Below are positions 38,061-50,900 of a DNA stretch of 64,000 nt, one piece after another. The notes beneath the pieces are model-generated. The model had not been told where the DNA came from, did not search any database, and saw only the letters and a program-made list of their open reading frames with translations. The stretch is taken from contig CM052818.1 of assembly GCA_028534125.1 (NCBI GenBank), positions 6,512,001-6,576,000 on the forward strand, in the 5' to 3' direction. The translations under genes and the position numbers were made by a program. Each line of letters opens with the position of its first letter. Position 1 is the stretch's first letter. The stretch is from Lama glama (lineage: Eukaryota).

Positions 38061-39519
38061 GCAGATCGACATTACTTTTGAAGCTGTACTATCACCCTTG
38101 ATTTGATCGTGTTCAGAGCTGCCTGCTCCCTATTTTGCTGGTTGTGGGGGACAGATGAGGATACGACAATGACATTAAATTTAAGCCCTAAATCCGTGAT
38201 ACTCCCTATTCTCATGACAATCCAGTAGACTTTGATAATACCTTGATACTCAGATCAATAAACATCTGAGTTATTCGCCCAATAACGGCATTTGTCCTTG
38301 GAACTGTAGGAGTCACAGTAATTGGCAGGGGAAGGGGGGTGACCTGCTAGGAACATTTTCATCAAAAGATTCTTTTTGGGTAATGAACAAGGCAGAAGAG
38401 AACTGGAAGGTTTTCTTTAGAGGAACATAAAGGACCGGGAGTGGTGGGGGAGCATCTGTAATCCACCGGCTAGAGGGAAGAAAGGGTTGCCATTAATCTA
38501 TTTGCCCTGTGTTTAGCACAGTGCCTTCACTCTATGGCCACTTAATCCTCCCAACAACCCTATGTTGTGGGGATCATCCTGACACTACAGACACCGAACC
38601 CGAAGCTCAGAGAACCTAAAGACCTGCTGAAGCCTGGCACCAGGACATCCAAGTGGGGACTTGGTGACTCCTGAACCTTAGAAAGTTTCCCTTTACTCCT
38701 CTGGCTGCCCAGTCCCAGGGTTGAGCGAGTCATTCACTGCTATTAGCAGGGAGCTGGATGAATGGAGTTGTGATGACACAGATTCAGCTTGCCAATCTGC
38801 AGAAATTAATAATCACCTCACCTGCCACCTTGCCATTTGGGCACTTTGGAACTGGAGGGTGGAGCCAAAGAGATGACTATTGGGTGGATAATTTTGACAT
38901 GGACAAAATAGCCATGTTCCTGGAAGTTCAGGAATAACTGAGTGGGAACTCTTTCAAACATGTTGAGAAGCAACAATGGCCAAAAGTGGGAACTGGGTAG
39001 TTGCCTTATCCTTATGGGGACTTAGACAACAACAAGATCTTGCTTCTTTGTTATCCTTGTTTATAAAGAAGCTAAAGAATTTATAAAAGCCTCACTCGGA
39101 GTCTCAGGACTGCTAGGGGAAAACCAGAACCCAGGTGTTCTCCCCTGTCTAATGCACTTTTCACCACCACACACCATCACTCAGCATCAAACGTGGGTGA
39201 ACCCCAATCCATGTCCACAGAGACTATGGTTGTGATAAGCACGAAGCCTAGGGTAAACCACTAGTTTCTCCCTGACTCAAGGTGAAACTCTTACTATCTT
39301 TGGAGTACTTGTGGCTCTCCAAATGCATACGTATACCCTTTAGGTATACTACATTGGAGGCATATATTTAATCTTCTCTTAATTTGTTCAGTGGTTGCTA
39401 TTAAAAGTCTCTGTCTAGTGTCTTGGCATATTCAGCATAGAAAAGTCTACTGCACTTGGACAGCAGGAAGGGGCAGGGACAGTATCTCTTGCTTCCTAGC
39501 AAGCCCCAGAAGAAGCTAT

Positions 39520-39670
39520 CCAATGGCTATGGAATTTATGGGACACACTGCGAAGTAATAATATGGAGCCCCTTGTTCAAACACTGTAATGACTTTCAAG
39601 ACGGCAACAACAGAGCATCATGCCAAGCAAAGATCCCAGTGCAACTGTGCATGTTGCCTGCCCATTGTCT
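39520..39670. mobile_element. MER45A-like hAT-Tip100 element
   Basis: gccccttgttcaaa...tttcaagacggcaacaacagagcat...gtgcaactgtgca matches the MER45A core as I recall it. Confidence 0.65.
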
Positions 39671-41085
39671 AGACAGTGCTGCTTTGGAGAGCACCACCTA
39701 GGCCCACAGTCCCATGCCAAGGCAGGGGAAAAAAATTAAAGACAAAGGGGAGGAGGGAGTGGGCTTGAGGAGCTCTCCATCTCTGCATCTCACTGGCAGC
39801 GGGCAACCTCTCCCCCAGAAACTGTGGCCTTCAAGGGCCTGAGACGAGGGCCATCCTCCACTGAACTCGAGAGAAATTTACTGAATAATTTAAAAAACAT
39901 TTGGGTTTACCTTTTAACCTGAGAAAGTCCATTATTTCTACTGAAATGCAGATGTTTCTGGGCTGTGTTGGATTTACCCTTTTTTAATGTACAAATAATG
40001 ACTCCTTAAAAATGCCCGTTCCCTTAACAAGGCAAAAAAGAGCTCAAGATTCACGTGAAACTGAAAAGCCTCTGCCATTCAGAACCTTGGCAAAGGCACC
40101 TGTGCCGCCCCCACTCTCCCGCCCCACGGTGGGAGGGTAGTTGGTCTTCAGAGTGCGAGCACCCCTCCGGCCCTCCCCTGAATTCCCCGTATCTCCCCCT
40201 TCTTCTCCGCCCTCCGGTTTTTAATCCAGGGGTTTGAAAGGAGGGAGGGAACCAAACGGGAGCCAGATGTGTGCGAGTCCCGAGCTGCCGCCTCCTCCCT
40301 CCTCTCGGGCATCTTAAAACCCGGAGCGCTAACTAAGGAGGATCCGGAGTCAGATAGACACAGTGCAAACAACTCTGCTCCGGGGCTCCTCCGGGAGTGG
40401 GAGCCGGGAGGGAGGGGGAAAGGAAGCCGGGCATGCTCAGTAGGCGGGACAAAGTTTTTTTTTTTCTCCTTTTTTTTTTTTTTTTTCGGTCGCAAGTAGG
40501 AAGCTTTTTGCACTCCACCACCTCTGGCCGCTGGGAAGACGTCATCGCTTCCGCCCTACTTCCTCCTCCTGTTGGCGGCGGTGAGAATCCAATATGGAGT
40601 AAATCGGTGGAGTCGAGAGATGGGGCTCGGACGGGGCGCCCTGCACCGCCTCCCAGGCGCACCTCCCCCGGCCGCCGACCGCTCCCCGGAACCGTGATTG
40701 GCCCGGCCCCCCCCCGGGGGCGACCCCGGGCAGAGCCCCCACCCGCGGCCGGCCCTCTCCTCCTGCTCTCAGCAGTCCCCGCCGCTTCACGGCGCGCTTG
40801 TTTTTCTCCTCCTCTCCCCTACCGCCGTCCCCTGCCCAAATCTCTCCCCTTCGCCGACTCCCGAGCCCCCGGAGTCCCCGCCCGCCTCGCCCCTCGGCGC
40901 TGCGGCGCTCACTCCTCCCGAAGCTTGCCTGTGCACCCCTTCCTCAGACCTCACCCCGCACTCCGGTCACCCTGCTTCCCCTTCTGCCTTCTGCGGCGCC
41001 CCCTTCATCTCTAGCCGCCCCCCCTCTCCAACCAAATCAGGCGATCTCCGGAGATGTGAAGAAAGGGGGGTGAGCGGACAGGAAG

Positions 41086-41130
41086 ATGAAGGGAGCAAAG
41101 CTGCCCGCCGCGGGACAGGCGTCTAGGTGA
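41086..41130 (+). other. uORF in SPRED2 5' UTR (MKGAKLPAAGQASR*)
   Basis: aagATGa (A at -3), 14 codons, TGA at 41128-41130, 8 nt before the main ATG. An ATG-TGA start-stop element lies at 41054-41059. Confidence 0.7.
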
Positions 41131-41138
41131 ACAGGAAA

Positions 41139-41164
41139 ATGACCGAAGAAACACACCCGGACGA
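41139..41164 (+). CDS. SPRED2: SPRED2 (Sprouty-related EVH1 domain-containing protein 2), coding part of exon 1; gene continues beyond the window
   Basis: ATG ACC GAA GAA ACA CAC CCG GAC GA|GTAAGT translates to MTEETHPD plus a split codon, matching the SPRED2 N-terminus as I recall it (MTEETHPDDDSYIVRVKAVVM...). A at -3, perfect donor at 41165-41170, inside a CpG island. Confidence 0.93.
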
Positions 41165-41930
41165 GTAAGTTTGGCCGCGGGGTGGGACGAGTGTGCCCCG
41201 CGGGGGCAGCGTGGGGGCCGGGGCTGAGGACGCGGGCGGGGACATTGGTTGGGTGAATTTGGCGTGGGGTGCCGCGACTCATTGGCCTGTGGGGTTTGGG
41301 ACTCGAGATTTCCCCCCTTGTTGTTGAATTGAGGAGGGGGCAAAAACTGCTGCGGGCCGGCGGGGGCGCGCCTTGGGTCCTTGGGCTGGTGGCGGCTTCG
41401 GGGGCCAAGGGCGCGAGGGTGACCTCGGGGTGGTCCCGGCTCCCTCTCCGGGGACTCACAAATACCCCTCCCCTCGAGATCCTCGGCGGCTGGAGCGGAA
41501 GACTTGACACCCCCGCTCTGGTTTCCTGGAGTCGGTGGGTTTTTACATGGTGACTTTGAGACTCTCCCGCCCCGCCGCTCGCCCCGCGGTCCTTTCGGGA
41601 GCCCACTGGGGCCCAGGCTCCGCCATTTCGTTTTCTTGAATCGCTCTCATTTGCATACCACATTTTCATTCATAAAAAACACAGCGGAGCGAAGGGAGGA
41701 CTGGGCACCGGCTGCGCGGGGGTCTGTGTGCGCCGGGGTCCCCGCGCGGGCCGGTGTGCGGAGCCGCCCCAGGTTCCGCGGCGCATATGAGTTTGTGTGC
41801 ACGCGCTGGCAGGCCCGGGACTGGGGCCCCGCGGGGTCCGGGGTGCTCGCGGGACAGATCGGAGGGTGTGCGGCGGGGGTGGGCGGCAGCGTGCGGGGCA
41901 GCGCGCTGCGGGCCTGTTTATGTGTGCATC

Positions 41931-41970
41931 TGTGTGTGTGTGTGTGTGTGTGTGTGTATCTGTGTGTGTG
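41931..41970. repeat. (TG)n microsatellite within the CpG island
   Basis: Visible (TG)n with one interruption. Confidence 0.95.
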
Positions 41971-44900
41971 CGCGTGCACAGGCGTGCGTGCCCAGCCCGC
42001 GGGCCCGAGGGGAACAATGCTCCGGGCGCTTCGAGAGGGGCCCCTGGGCGGACCCACTGCCCTCCCGAGGGACCGGTGTCTTTTTCCAGCCCTGAGCCAA
42101 GGTGCAGCTCCCTCCGGCCCCGCGGTCGCCGAGTCGGGTTTGGCTTTCTCCCACCCCCGCCCGAGGCGCTTCCGATCGCGGGTGCTACAGAGGCAGGGCT
42201 ACCGAGCCCGGCGCCTGAGGTTGTCCGCCTCGGGTCCGAGCGGTCACCGCACCGCAGTGGCCGCCGCTGCTCAGCGGCTGTGCCCGCCACCAGCCACTTT
42301 TTTTTTTTTGTGAATAAGACGCTCTCCTTTATTGTCACATGATATCCCTCCCCTCCTCCCCTGCACATTCATAAATCCGGAGCCTGCCTCGGCTCCTTTC
42401 ATTCAGTGCTGCCATTAGCTAAGGTAGCGGTGGCGCCGGCTGGTGCTCTTTGGCTTGGGCGCGGAGAGCCGGTGGGCAGCCGTGGGGACGTGCCTGGAGG
42501 GAGGCCCCGCGCGTGTCTGCAGGGATGTGGGGGCTGCGGGTAGCCAGCGCCAGACACCGTGGGTCTTTTGCCCCCGCGAGCATTGGGACTCAGTGCAGAG
42601 AGGGGAAGTGACTCAGGGCTGGCCGGCAGGGAGGGCTTCTCTTGCAGCAGGTGACAGAATGCTGTGCTGTAAGAATCTACTCACTTTTTTTAAAATGCCC
42701 CTTTATTCTTTGGTCTCTGCTTTTGCCAGGCTGGGCGGGAGGGGGTGTTGGGAGGACTGGTGTTTGGGAAAGGGAATTTCCTTTCTGTGGGTCCCCAGGG
42801 AGCTTTGGTTGCAGTAACCCCTGGTCTGCTGGACACCCATTCCGTACGTAGCTGGAGAGGATACTGCCTGGTGTGTGTGTTGTGGCTGTCCCACCACATC
42901 TGCTGGTCTGTGTATTTTAGACCTTTTGCTTTGCCTTCATAAACTGTATCTTTAAATGGTAAAATGAAAAATGTTGACGTTCTAGGGCAGAAATACAGGT
43001 TGGGGTGGGGGAGGGATATACTGCTGGGCCTTGCCCCCTTTTGGAGTTGACTAATAAACAGGTATTTTTACGGGTCCTTGTTTGTCCCTGCACACACAAA
43101 GAGCAGTAGTAGCAGGGAGGGACGGTTGCCATGCTCTGGGCTGGTTGGAGATTGGTTCACCACCCTCGATTGGGTTCCTTGGCTCCAGCTCTTGGGAATA
43201 CTGGCCTGGCCTCTCCCTTTTCGGGGAGGCATGTCAGCTTTGCATCCTCCCCTGTCTGCTATCCAAAGCAAAAGGATTTCAGATGGGATCACCAGCAAAA
43301 AATAAATAAAAAACTCTCTTCCAGGCTTTCAGAGCAGTTCAGCATGGAACCAGCTGCCCCAACTGCTGTCAAGCCCAGTTGAGACAATGGATATTTGAGG
43401 ACAGGTTCTGGTTTCAGTTAGAGAATCAGAAAGCTGTGGCACCACAGCCCGCTGCAGAATTCTGGCCTTCTTGGGTTTACTTTTAATGTAATGACCTTGT
43501 CATGAGACATGAAATGCCTGGTAAGAAGACAGGCTGTATGTAAACTGCCATTTGTGGACACTGTCCATTATATTGTTCAATGTTCTTAAGTAATGACCCA
43601 TCTGAAAAATGCCTCTTAAATGCTGGTGCCAGGAAGAAGGTTTCTCTCTGAGTTACAGAGCTTGCTGTGATTGCTTTTGTGTTTTTTTCCTACCACTGTC
43701 AGGAAGCTCAGAGCTAAAATTTTTGCTTGATTATGGTGCCATATTAGCCTAGGTTTTTGCTAGGTTTATTTACCCCTCCTCTGTGTGCATTTTGATCGCC
43801 TGTTTTCTCATCTAGTGGTTTGAGGTTCCTTTTGGAAGTAGGCAAGGTATGTTACTTATAAGGCGGTAATCAAACTGGAGACTGGCGGATATATTTGTGC
43901 CTTAGATAAAACATTTTCCTGATAGTCCACATATATTTAAGGCTTTTATTAAACAATACAGGTACTTAACTATCTTGATCAGAATATAGTAACTCAGAAT
44001 GGTAAAATCATGCTTAATTTAAAAAAACAAGTTTCATCTTCTATTGTTCTTTTCCATGTCAATTTAAAACTCCTCTAATATATATATATATATATATGCT
44101 CATAAATTCAGGAAAGCTTGCCTGCCCTTTTCACCGATGGTCTTAAACAATAGTTTCCACATAGAAAATACCCTGATCCTTTTTTGATCCCACTCCAGGT
44201 AAAAATGCATGTTAAGATTTCCAACTCTACAGATTTTTTTTATAATTGAAAAATTGAAGAGCATCAACAAACTATTGAAAGTGGTCTTTTGTACACAGGG
44301 AGTGGAAAATTTTTTTTAAATCATGTGTATTTCGTCTGTATCTTTAAAGCATGCAATCATGGCTATGAATGGTTTGGAAATTTGCAGACAAAATGAAGAA
44401 ACCCTTCTCAAATGAGCTGTAACTCGGGAGACACCGGGCTACCATTCAGCTTTCTGTCTGGTTCATGAACCCTTCTCTGCAACACACATCTTGCTGAGAA
44501 TGGATTTGTAGCTCAGCCCTCAGTTGTATTTTCCCTAATGTTGAAAGGGTTCCCATTAAAAAAAAAAAAGGCTTAAATATTTTTGATGAAACTTTTCAAA
44601 GAAATTAGCCATTATAACCCTTATATTCCAATTACTTGAGCTTACCTTCCAAAAGATGAGCCTACTCTGCCATGAAACCACAATACCATGATGACACTTA
44701 ATAAAATGAAGAATAAATTCCCTGATGTCTGTAACTCTTAGTCTCAGTTGACTGAAAAATGTCTTTCTAACTGGTTATTTCAGACAAGGGCCAACAATCC
44801 TGCTTTAAATTCATTTGTAATGTGTACTGAAGACTCAATGCTTAGCCGATTGCTCACTTTCTGATGTAAGGCAAGTTACTTTTGTATCTCACCTTGGTTT

Positions 44901-47900
44901 TATCTGAGTGAATAAAATGGCAATAAATACGACTGATTTCATGGAGTTGCTGTGGGAATTCAATGAGCTAGCCCGTGTAAAGCTTACAGCCGGCACCACG
45001 AATAACACAGGTGTCTGGTGTCAGCTCTTTGTTGGGCGCTGGGATAGATTTCTTACAGGCTCACTTTCAAACGTGTGAAGGGGTTGTCACCCCATTTATC
45101 TGATATGGAAGCTTAAGTAAAGTCACTTGTCGAAGACAGCTAATATTTTTTATAGCAGTTTATTCATTTAGCCTTCTCAGCAATTCTATGCAGTAGATAG
45201 CATTATTACCTCCATTTGTAGATGGCAAAACCAAGGCCCAGAGCAGTTAAGTAACCCCAGCAGCCTTGCTCAGAAAGGATTGTTTTTAACCAGCATGAGG
45301 TACTGTCTCAGAAGGGGAGAGGGTGGCAGCCTTAGTCATACTGACTTCAGAGCTCACACCATTTCTGCCAGTCATGCTGTCCCTTATTCTTCTGAATTGG
45401 TGATAGTCTGTCACTGCTGTAACTTTTTTCACTTCCCTTATCTTCCCTGAAAATGCTATGACGCACATACTGAATCAAAGTGAATTTGAATAAACTTGGG
45501 CTTGAGAATTCTGCCATACACCTTAAGATAATGGGAGTGTGAATTCAGGGTTGGTTATTACTGGAAAGTTAGATCTACATTCATTGAAATAACAGTTGTG
45601 GGAATTAGACCCATTACAATAAGTATTGATCCATTCTCTTTGTATTAGCCTTAAAAAAAGGGAGTGTGTTTCCACTCTACTTAAAATCCTTAAATGTTAA
45701 AAACATGGAGTTGACTATTCAGAATTGGAATCTTGATTTGTTCATCAGAAAATCTTGAAAGCAAAGCAAAGCAAAACAGAAAACTTGGAAAGATCTTAAC
45801 AAGCTTATAAGCCAGGACGTTGTCATTGTATAAAGACACTGTTACTGTGTAAAATTAAATTCTTGCTGCAAGGCTGTACGTCTTGTTAGGTGGTGGGCCT
45901 GGACTAACCTCCACCTGCTGGGTCTGTTTCCACAGGGATCTTAACAAATGCTGCCTCCTTTCTAGCTGTAGCTGATCCCCTCTGCTCTCCAGTTCCTTTA
46001 ACCAGTAAAGTGTATTATAAGTGAATCAGTGTGAGTATCGAAACTATTCTGCCTCAACAGTCTGCTTGCTCGTGCTCTTTATTCTGAAATCCTCTTCTTT
46101 CTTCCTTTCCTTCAACAAGTGAGATTCTGCTCATTCCCCTCAACCAGCCCTGGGACATTCCTTTTATGAGGTCCTCCTAGACTTTCCCCACCGCGACTAA
46201 GTCAAGATCACAGACTCTATGGCATTTCCCCCTCCATCGTCTGGCATATATAATCACCATTTAGATTTGGGCTTATACCCAGATTCTGTCCTGGAATAGG
46301 AGCTTTTGGGATTCAGGATTATTACCTCTTAACTGCCTAGTTTTCTAGTTGTTGGCCTAACACCACTGGGCACATTGTGGCTGCTTTTAATAAATATCTA
46401 TTGAACTTAAAAAATGGATTTAATTATTTTAAAATGCAGTTTTGTCCCTGCTGACTAATGCAATCATGACAATTGTTGGATTTGGTTAACTTAGGATGTG
46501 TATAAGCCTCCTTTGGAGAAGCTCCGTGTTCACATGAAGCCCTTGACGTGTTTTGTGGAAACTGGGTGCAGAACTACCTGGTGGTGGTGATCCGTGATTG
46601 ACGACTCAAAACCAGTTTGATTCCAGGCACTGTTGGGGGAACTGAGAAGTGGAAGATTCTCAATGCAATAAGCCAGGGCCTGTGTTTCTGCCTCTGCAGG
46701 AGAATCTCTGCAGAAATCACAGTATTAGCAATTTGCTGTAGCTACAGGGTTCTTATGGCGTCTTGACACTTGAAGTTGGAGACAGCTGTGCTGGTGAACT
46801 CAAGTATTGGCATAGTCCCTGTGTTACGGGGCTGAACACAAATACACAGTCTAACAGCAAAAATCCTCAGAAACTGAACATGATAATAGAGGCAGAGCAG
46901 GAAGTTTTTGTGTTCAGTTTGTTTTGGCTTGTATTCTCTTAAGTAAATGGGGCTGTTTTGGATTTGTTTTTTTTTTTAAAGACCCAGTCATATTGATAAA
47001 CTTGATAACTGTTCTTGTAAATATTTTAAATCAGTGTGTAACTATTTCTAATCAATGTTTAAGGATAGAACATTGATGATTTTTAAAAGCATTTCCTAGG
47101 GCTTTTAGTCCCTGGAGTAGAGGGAATATCTTTTGCACTGGTGCACACCATGCTCTGGGAAGCAAGATGCGTTTTCTGTATGCTTGCCCTGGGTAGGCAT
47201 GAAACATTGTTCCCACAGCTTGACGTATCACCTGTCACGGAAAGGAAGTCAGGCCAGGATCTCAGTGAAATACTTGATATTAACTGGCAGAGGGGTTGGC
47301 TAAATTAAAGAACAGCTGTTTATAGCAGTTCATTTCTCAGGTCATCTTTGTCAGCATTATGTTCACCTGGGGCACACTGCAGCCAAGATAGCAAATCATG
47401 CTTCTGTTATATACTCTCTTTCAAAGGGTGGTTGAATATGTATTTAAAAACAGCACTTCTGTGTTTACTTGCACCAAGAGCAGAGAGGCGGAGAAGTGGA
47501 TTTTGACTTCACCCTGGCATTTAGCACTTGGGATTGAAGAGATTAGAACAACACCGGCAGCTTCCAAAGTGTATGGCTTTGGCTCCTCTTTGTACTGAAA
47601 TAATGATTTGTCAAATCTGGTTGTTTCCATTTTTAGCAATATTCCCTGTGGTCCATTCATGGATGCTTAAAACTTAATTATCAGGCGAAGTTTTTTTTTT
47701 AATTGTCTTTCCTAGTTCAACTAATACTGACATCTTTGTCTTTCATTTTCATTATTTATTCCTCGTATTTCTTTTTCTCACTGCATTGCTTTGGCCCTGG
47801 CCTCCAGTATTGATTTTTCAGATAAGCACTGTTTATTCTGTATTTGCATCCCACCCTGAGCATGCACAGAGAAGCTTGGCCCGTCTGCCCTTCCAGGTGT

Positions 47901-50900
47901 GGGAATAATAGATTATTGACCCTAATACCCATAGTCTGGCAGAATGCCGAGATCATAGTAGGCTTTCTGCAAACGTTTATTGATTAGCTAATGTAAATAT
48001 TCATTAATTGAAAAAGAGTTGTACCTTATGTAAAAAATTAAATGATTATTCATATTGTACCTGCATCCAAAAAGACTCTGACGTTGCTTTCTTCAGAACT
48101 ACCGAGATGGGCAGGCTGCCATGACGGTAATGGAAGAAATGTGGGCTTTGGGGTCACACCCTGCCTCTGCCCTCTACTGACTCTTACTGTCAGGGTACTT
48201 ACCTATAGTAGCATTCTTCACTCTCTTGCCAGTCTGTGGTCTAGAAATCTTATTACCAGCAGCATTCAAATTCTGTCTAAAACAAGAATCAATAGGCTAG
48301 GTGGGGCCCAGAGTTCTCTTAGGAGTAAGTTGGCTTATGACTTGTTTTTGTCTGCTTGCCTGCCGGTGTTTGCATTTTGTATTTCCAGCCGAGGAGTAAA
48401 GCGGATGATGGACCAGAGATTTGATTTAATCATCAACATCCCAGGACTTCTACTCATTTTTACAGACCTTTTAAAGCTATGTAAGTGTGAAGCGAGTCTT
48501 GACCTATTCGTTAAATTTCTCTCCTTTGCTTAATAGATTAAATCAAATCTGGGATTTTTCTCAGGCTCAGAATTCCAAAACAGGTCTGCTCTGCCAGGAT
48601 GGAGTGCCCCGGCTCAGCGTCACTTCCAGCCCTCAAGGCCTAGTGGTTGCCTTCTCCCACTAGGAGGACAGGTGAACAGGTTTCAGACCAGGAGCCTGCT
48701 GTTTGCAAACCAGCTTTGAGGCCCTTAGCATCCATTCTTAGATGTCTTTTCTACTACGGAAAGTGGGCAGATACAGGATTACAGGGGTCCATGTTGAGTG
48801 TGGTAGACTTTGAATCTAAAGAGCTTGACTTTAGAGCATACTTGGACGCTAACTGCAAAGCCCTGTGTAAATTATCTTGTGGGTAAAATAAATAGCAGTG
48901 GGATGAGGCTTGAGGAGAGGGGGTGACTAGCTGTGGAGTGCCATTCACTTACTGTGTGCAGTGTGCCAGATAGGACCCGAGCTGTGACTCAGGGAGCCTC
49001 TGCCCTCGGGGAGCTTACTTTCTGGGGTGCTGGGCACTTGCATCTGCCTTGAGGGCTGAGAACAGCACCGCCTGGATGATGGTCTGACTGGCTACCAGAG
49101 GTGCTTCCCTTCTTCCCCTTCCCCTGCAGGGTTCCTCCTCGAGCTGCAGGCATTGGGACGCCCAGATCTGGGGTGGAGGGAACTCTTCCTCCAGAGCATT
49201 AAAGGAACTGCCTGCCCTTCTCAGAATCCCCCAACAAGTTCTTTGAGTTGTTTTTTGGGTGAGAGTGTGTCTGTGTGTGTGTGTGTGTGTGAGTGCATGT
49301 GTTTTGTGTACACACACTTGCACATTCACACATGGATGGAATAAATCCAGCTACAGGTGAGGAAAAGATTCAGCAAAGTTAAGTATCCTTTCTGAGGTCA
49401 CCGAGCAAGCGCTGTTATTTTTACCCAGGTCCTTTGACTTCAGACCTGACGTCTGTAGAACAGCATTATGTGTCATAACTTCACAGCACCTCGGTTTCTG
49501 CGTACAAAGAACTTGTGCTGCGTGGACAGCCTGATTTATATTACCATGGAGTGAATGAAGTTAGAGCTCATTTAGAATCCTGTAAACACGGAAGAACTTC
49601 CAGGTGACATCTCTTCCTTGCATTCCTGTGTGGGAGCAGGGAACCAGGGGCCCCTGGGCTGGCCTCTTCTGTACCGACACAAAGAGCAGCTCTCCAGATA
49701 CCTCCTTTGGAAAGAGAACCAGCCCCCTCACCCTTGATGGAAAGTGTGTGGGAGCAGGATGGCTAACAAATCACCCTTTTCTCCTGGACCTGTGTTTGAG
49801 CCTAAGCTGTTTTGAGAGGAGGATTAAACTTGAACGTGCTCAAGAAATCACCTGGGAATCTTGTACAGCGAGGATTCTGATTCAGGAAGGCCTGAGAGTC
49901 CGCACTGTTAACAAACTTCCAGGTGCTCCTGGAGCTGCAGATCCAGGGACCACATTTTGAACAGCAAGAGCCTGTCTGTGGCTGTGACGACAGTGAGCTC
50001 CCAGCTGCCAGGTTTGTGTCTTCAAAGGCTACCTCACGTACTTGGCATTTGGAATCTATCGAAGAAGCTCATGGGACAAGAAGGAGAGAGATTTTTCAAG
50101 GGCCTGCCCGTTACCGTTCTTGGCAGGACTTCCAACTTTGAGGTATAGCTTGATTTTAGAGGGGAAGGTCCTGGAAGAATTTTTTTTTTCTTTTTTTCTT
50201 ACGGCTTAAAAAAAGTTCTTGGTGAATGTCAGGTGGCCCAAGAGATCCACCCTAAAAAGAAGTAGGAAGCCCCAGCCCTCTGTGTGTGTTCTGTCCGTCG
50301 GCAGCTGGCATTCTGCACCTTCCAGACACGTTAGTCTTGCATGGAAAGCCTGCCGCCCTGGACGCAGGCACAGTCAGCCCTAGAAGAAATCACAGGAAGT
50401 AATTAAACAGAGAAGGTCAGAGAAAGAGGAAGTGGTTGTGTTGTTCCTGATGCGAATAGCATTGTTGTTCCTGGGGATCGAGATGATGGTGTTTAAGTCT
50501 TCTGGAATGTGGCTGCTTGGGGATTTGATTGTGTTTAGATTGCAGCCCTTTTCGTTTATTCTTTTAGACAGCAATCTAGTTAGGAAATGAATTGCTCTTA
50601 GGTCTTATCAGGAATCCCCACGTGCCTAAGCAGAAGTCTTGAGCGGGGAGTTGCTTATAGCTTGGCAAATTGCACTTAAATGAAATGAATGTCAAGACTA
50701 TTAGAGGTTAATTTTAGGTGTCTGGAGTTCTCCCTAATTCTCCTGATTAAACACTTTAACATAATAGTTTCCTTAATTGGAATAATGATAGAATATTAGC
50801 ATGCATATTAAACCATTTACCCAAATTTGAATAGGGTTAAAATGCAAATTATCCATCACTTGTCAGCACTCACTCTTTAGAGATAATTCCTGGTGAGAGA

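Larger units (their letters stand above)
40100..42620 (+). promoter_or_regulatory. SPRED2: CpG island covering the SPRED2 promoter, 5' UTR and start of intron 1
   Basis: Very high GC and CpG density. Motifs: CRE-like AGACGTCA 40537-40544, GC box CCGCCC 40551-40556, ETS cores (GCTTCCG 40547-40553, ACTTCCT 40558-40564), CCAAT 40589-40593, ATTGG 40697-40701, octamer ATTTGCAT 41649-41656, poly(T) tract ~40455-40486. Exact TSS cannot be determined from sequence. Confidence 0.9.

Noticed and set aside
40589..40597. CCAATATGG as an SRF CArG box
   Set aside because: It has only five A/T bases between CC and GG, whereas CArG needs six. Better read as a CCAAT box overlapping a uATG.
40397..42368. Several 180-270 aa ORFs on both strands
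   Set aside because: Stop-codon scarcity in a CpG island. No recognisable domain, and several translate the (TG)n repeat or cross the real exon 1 donor.
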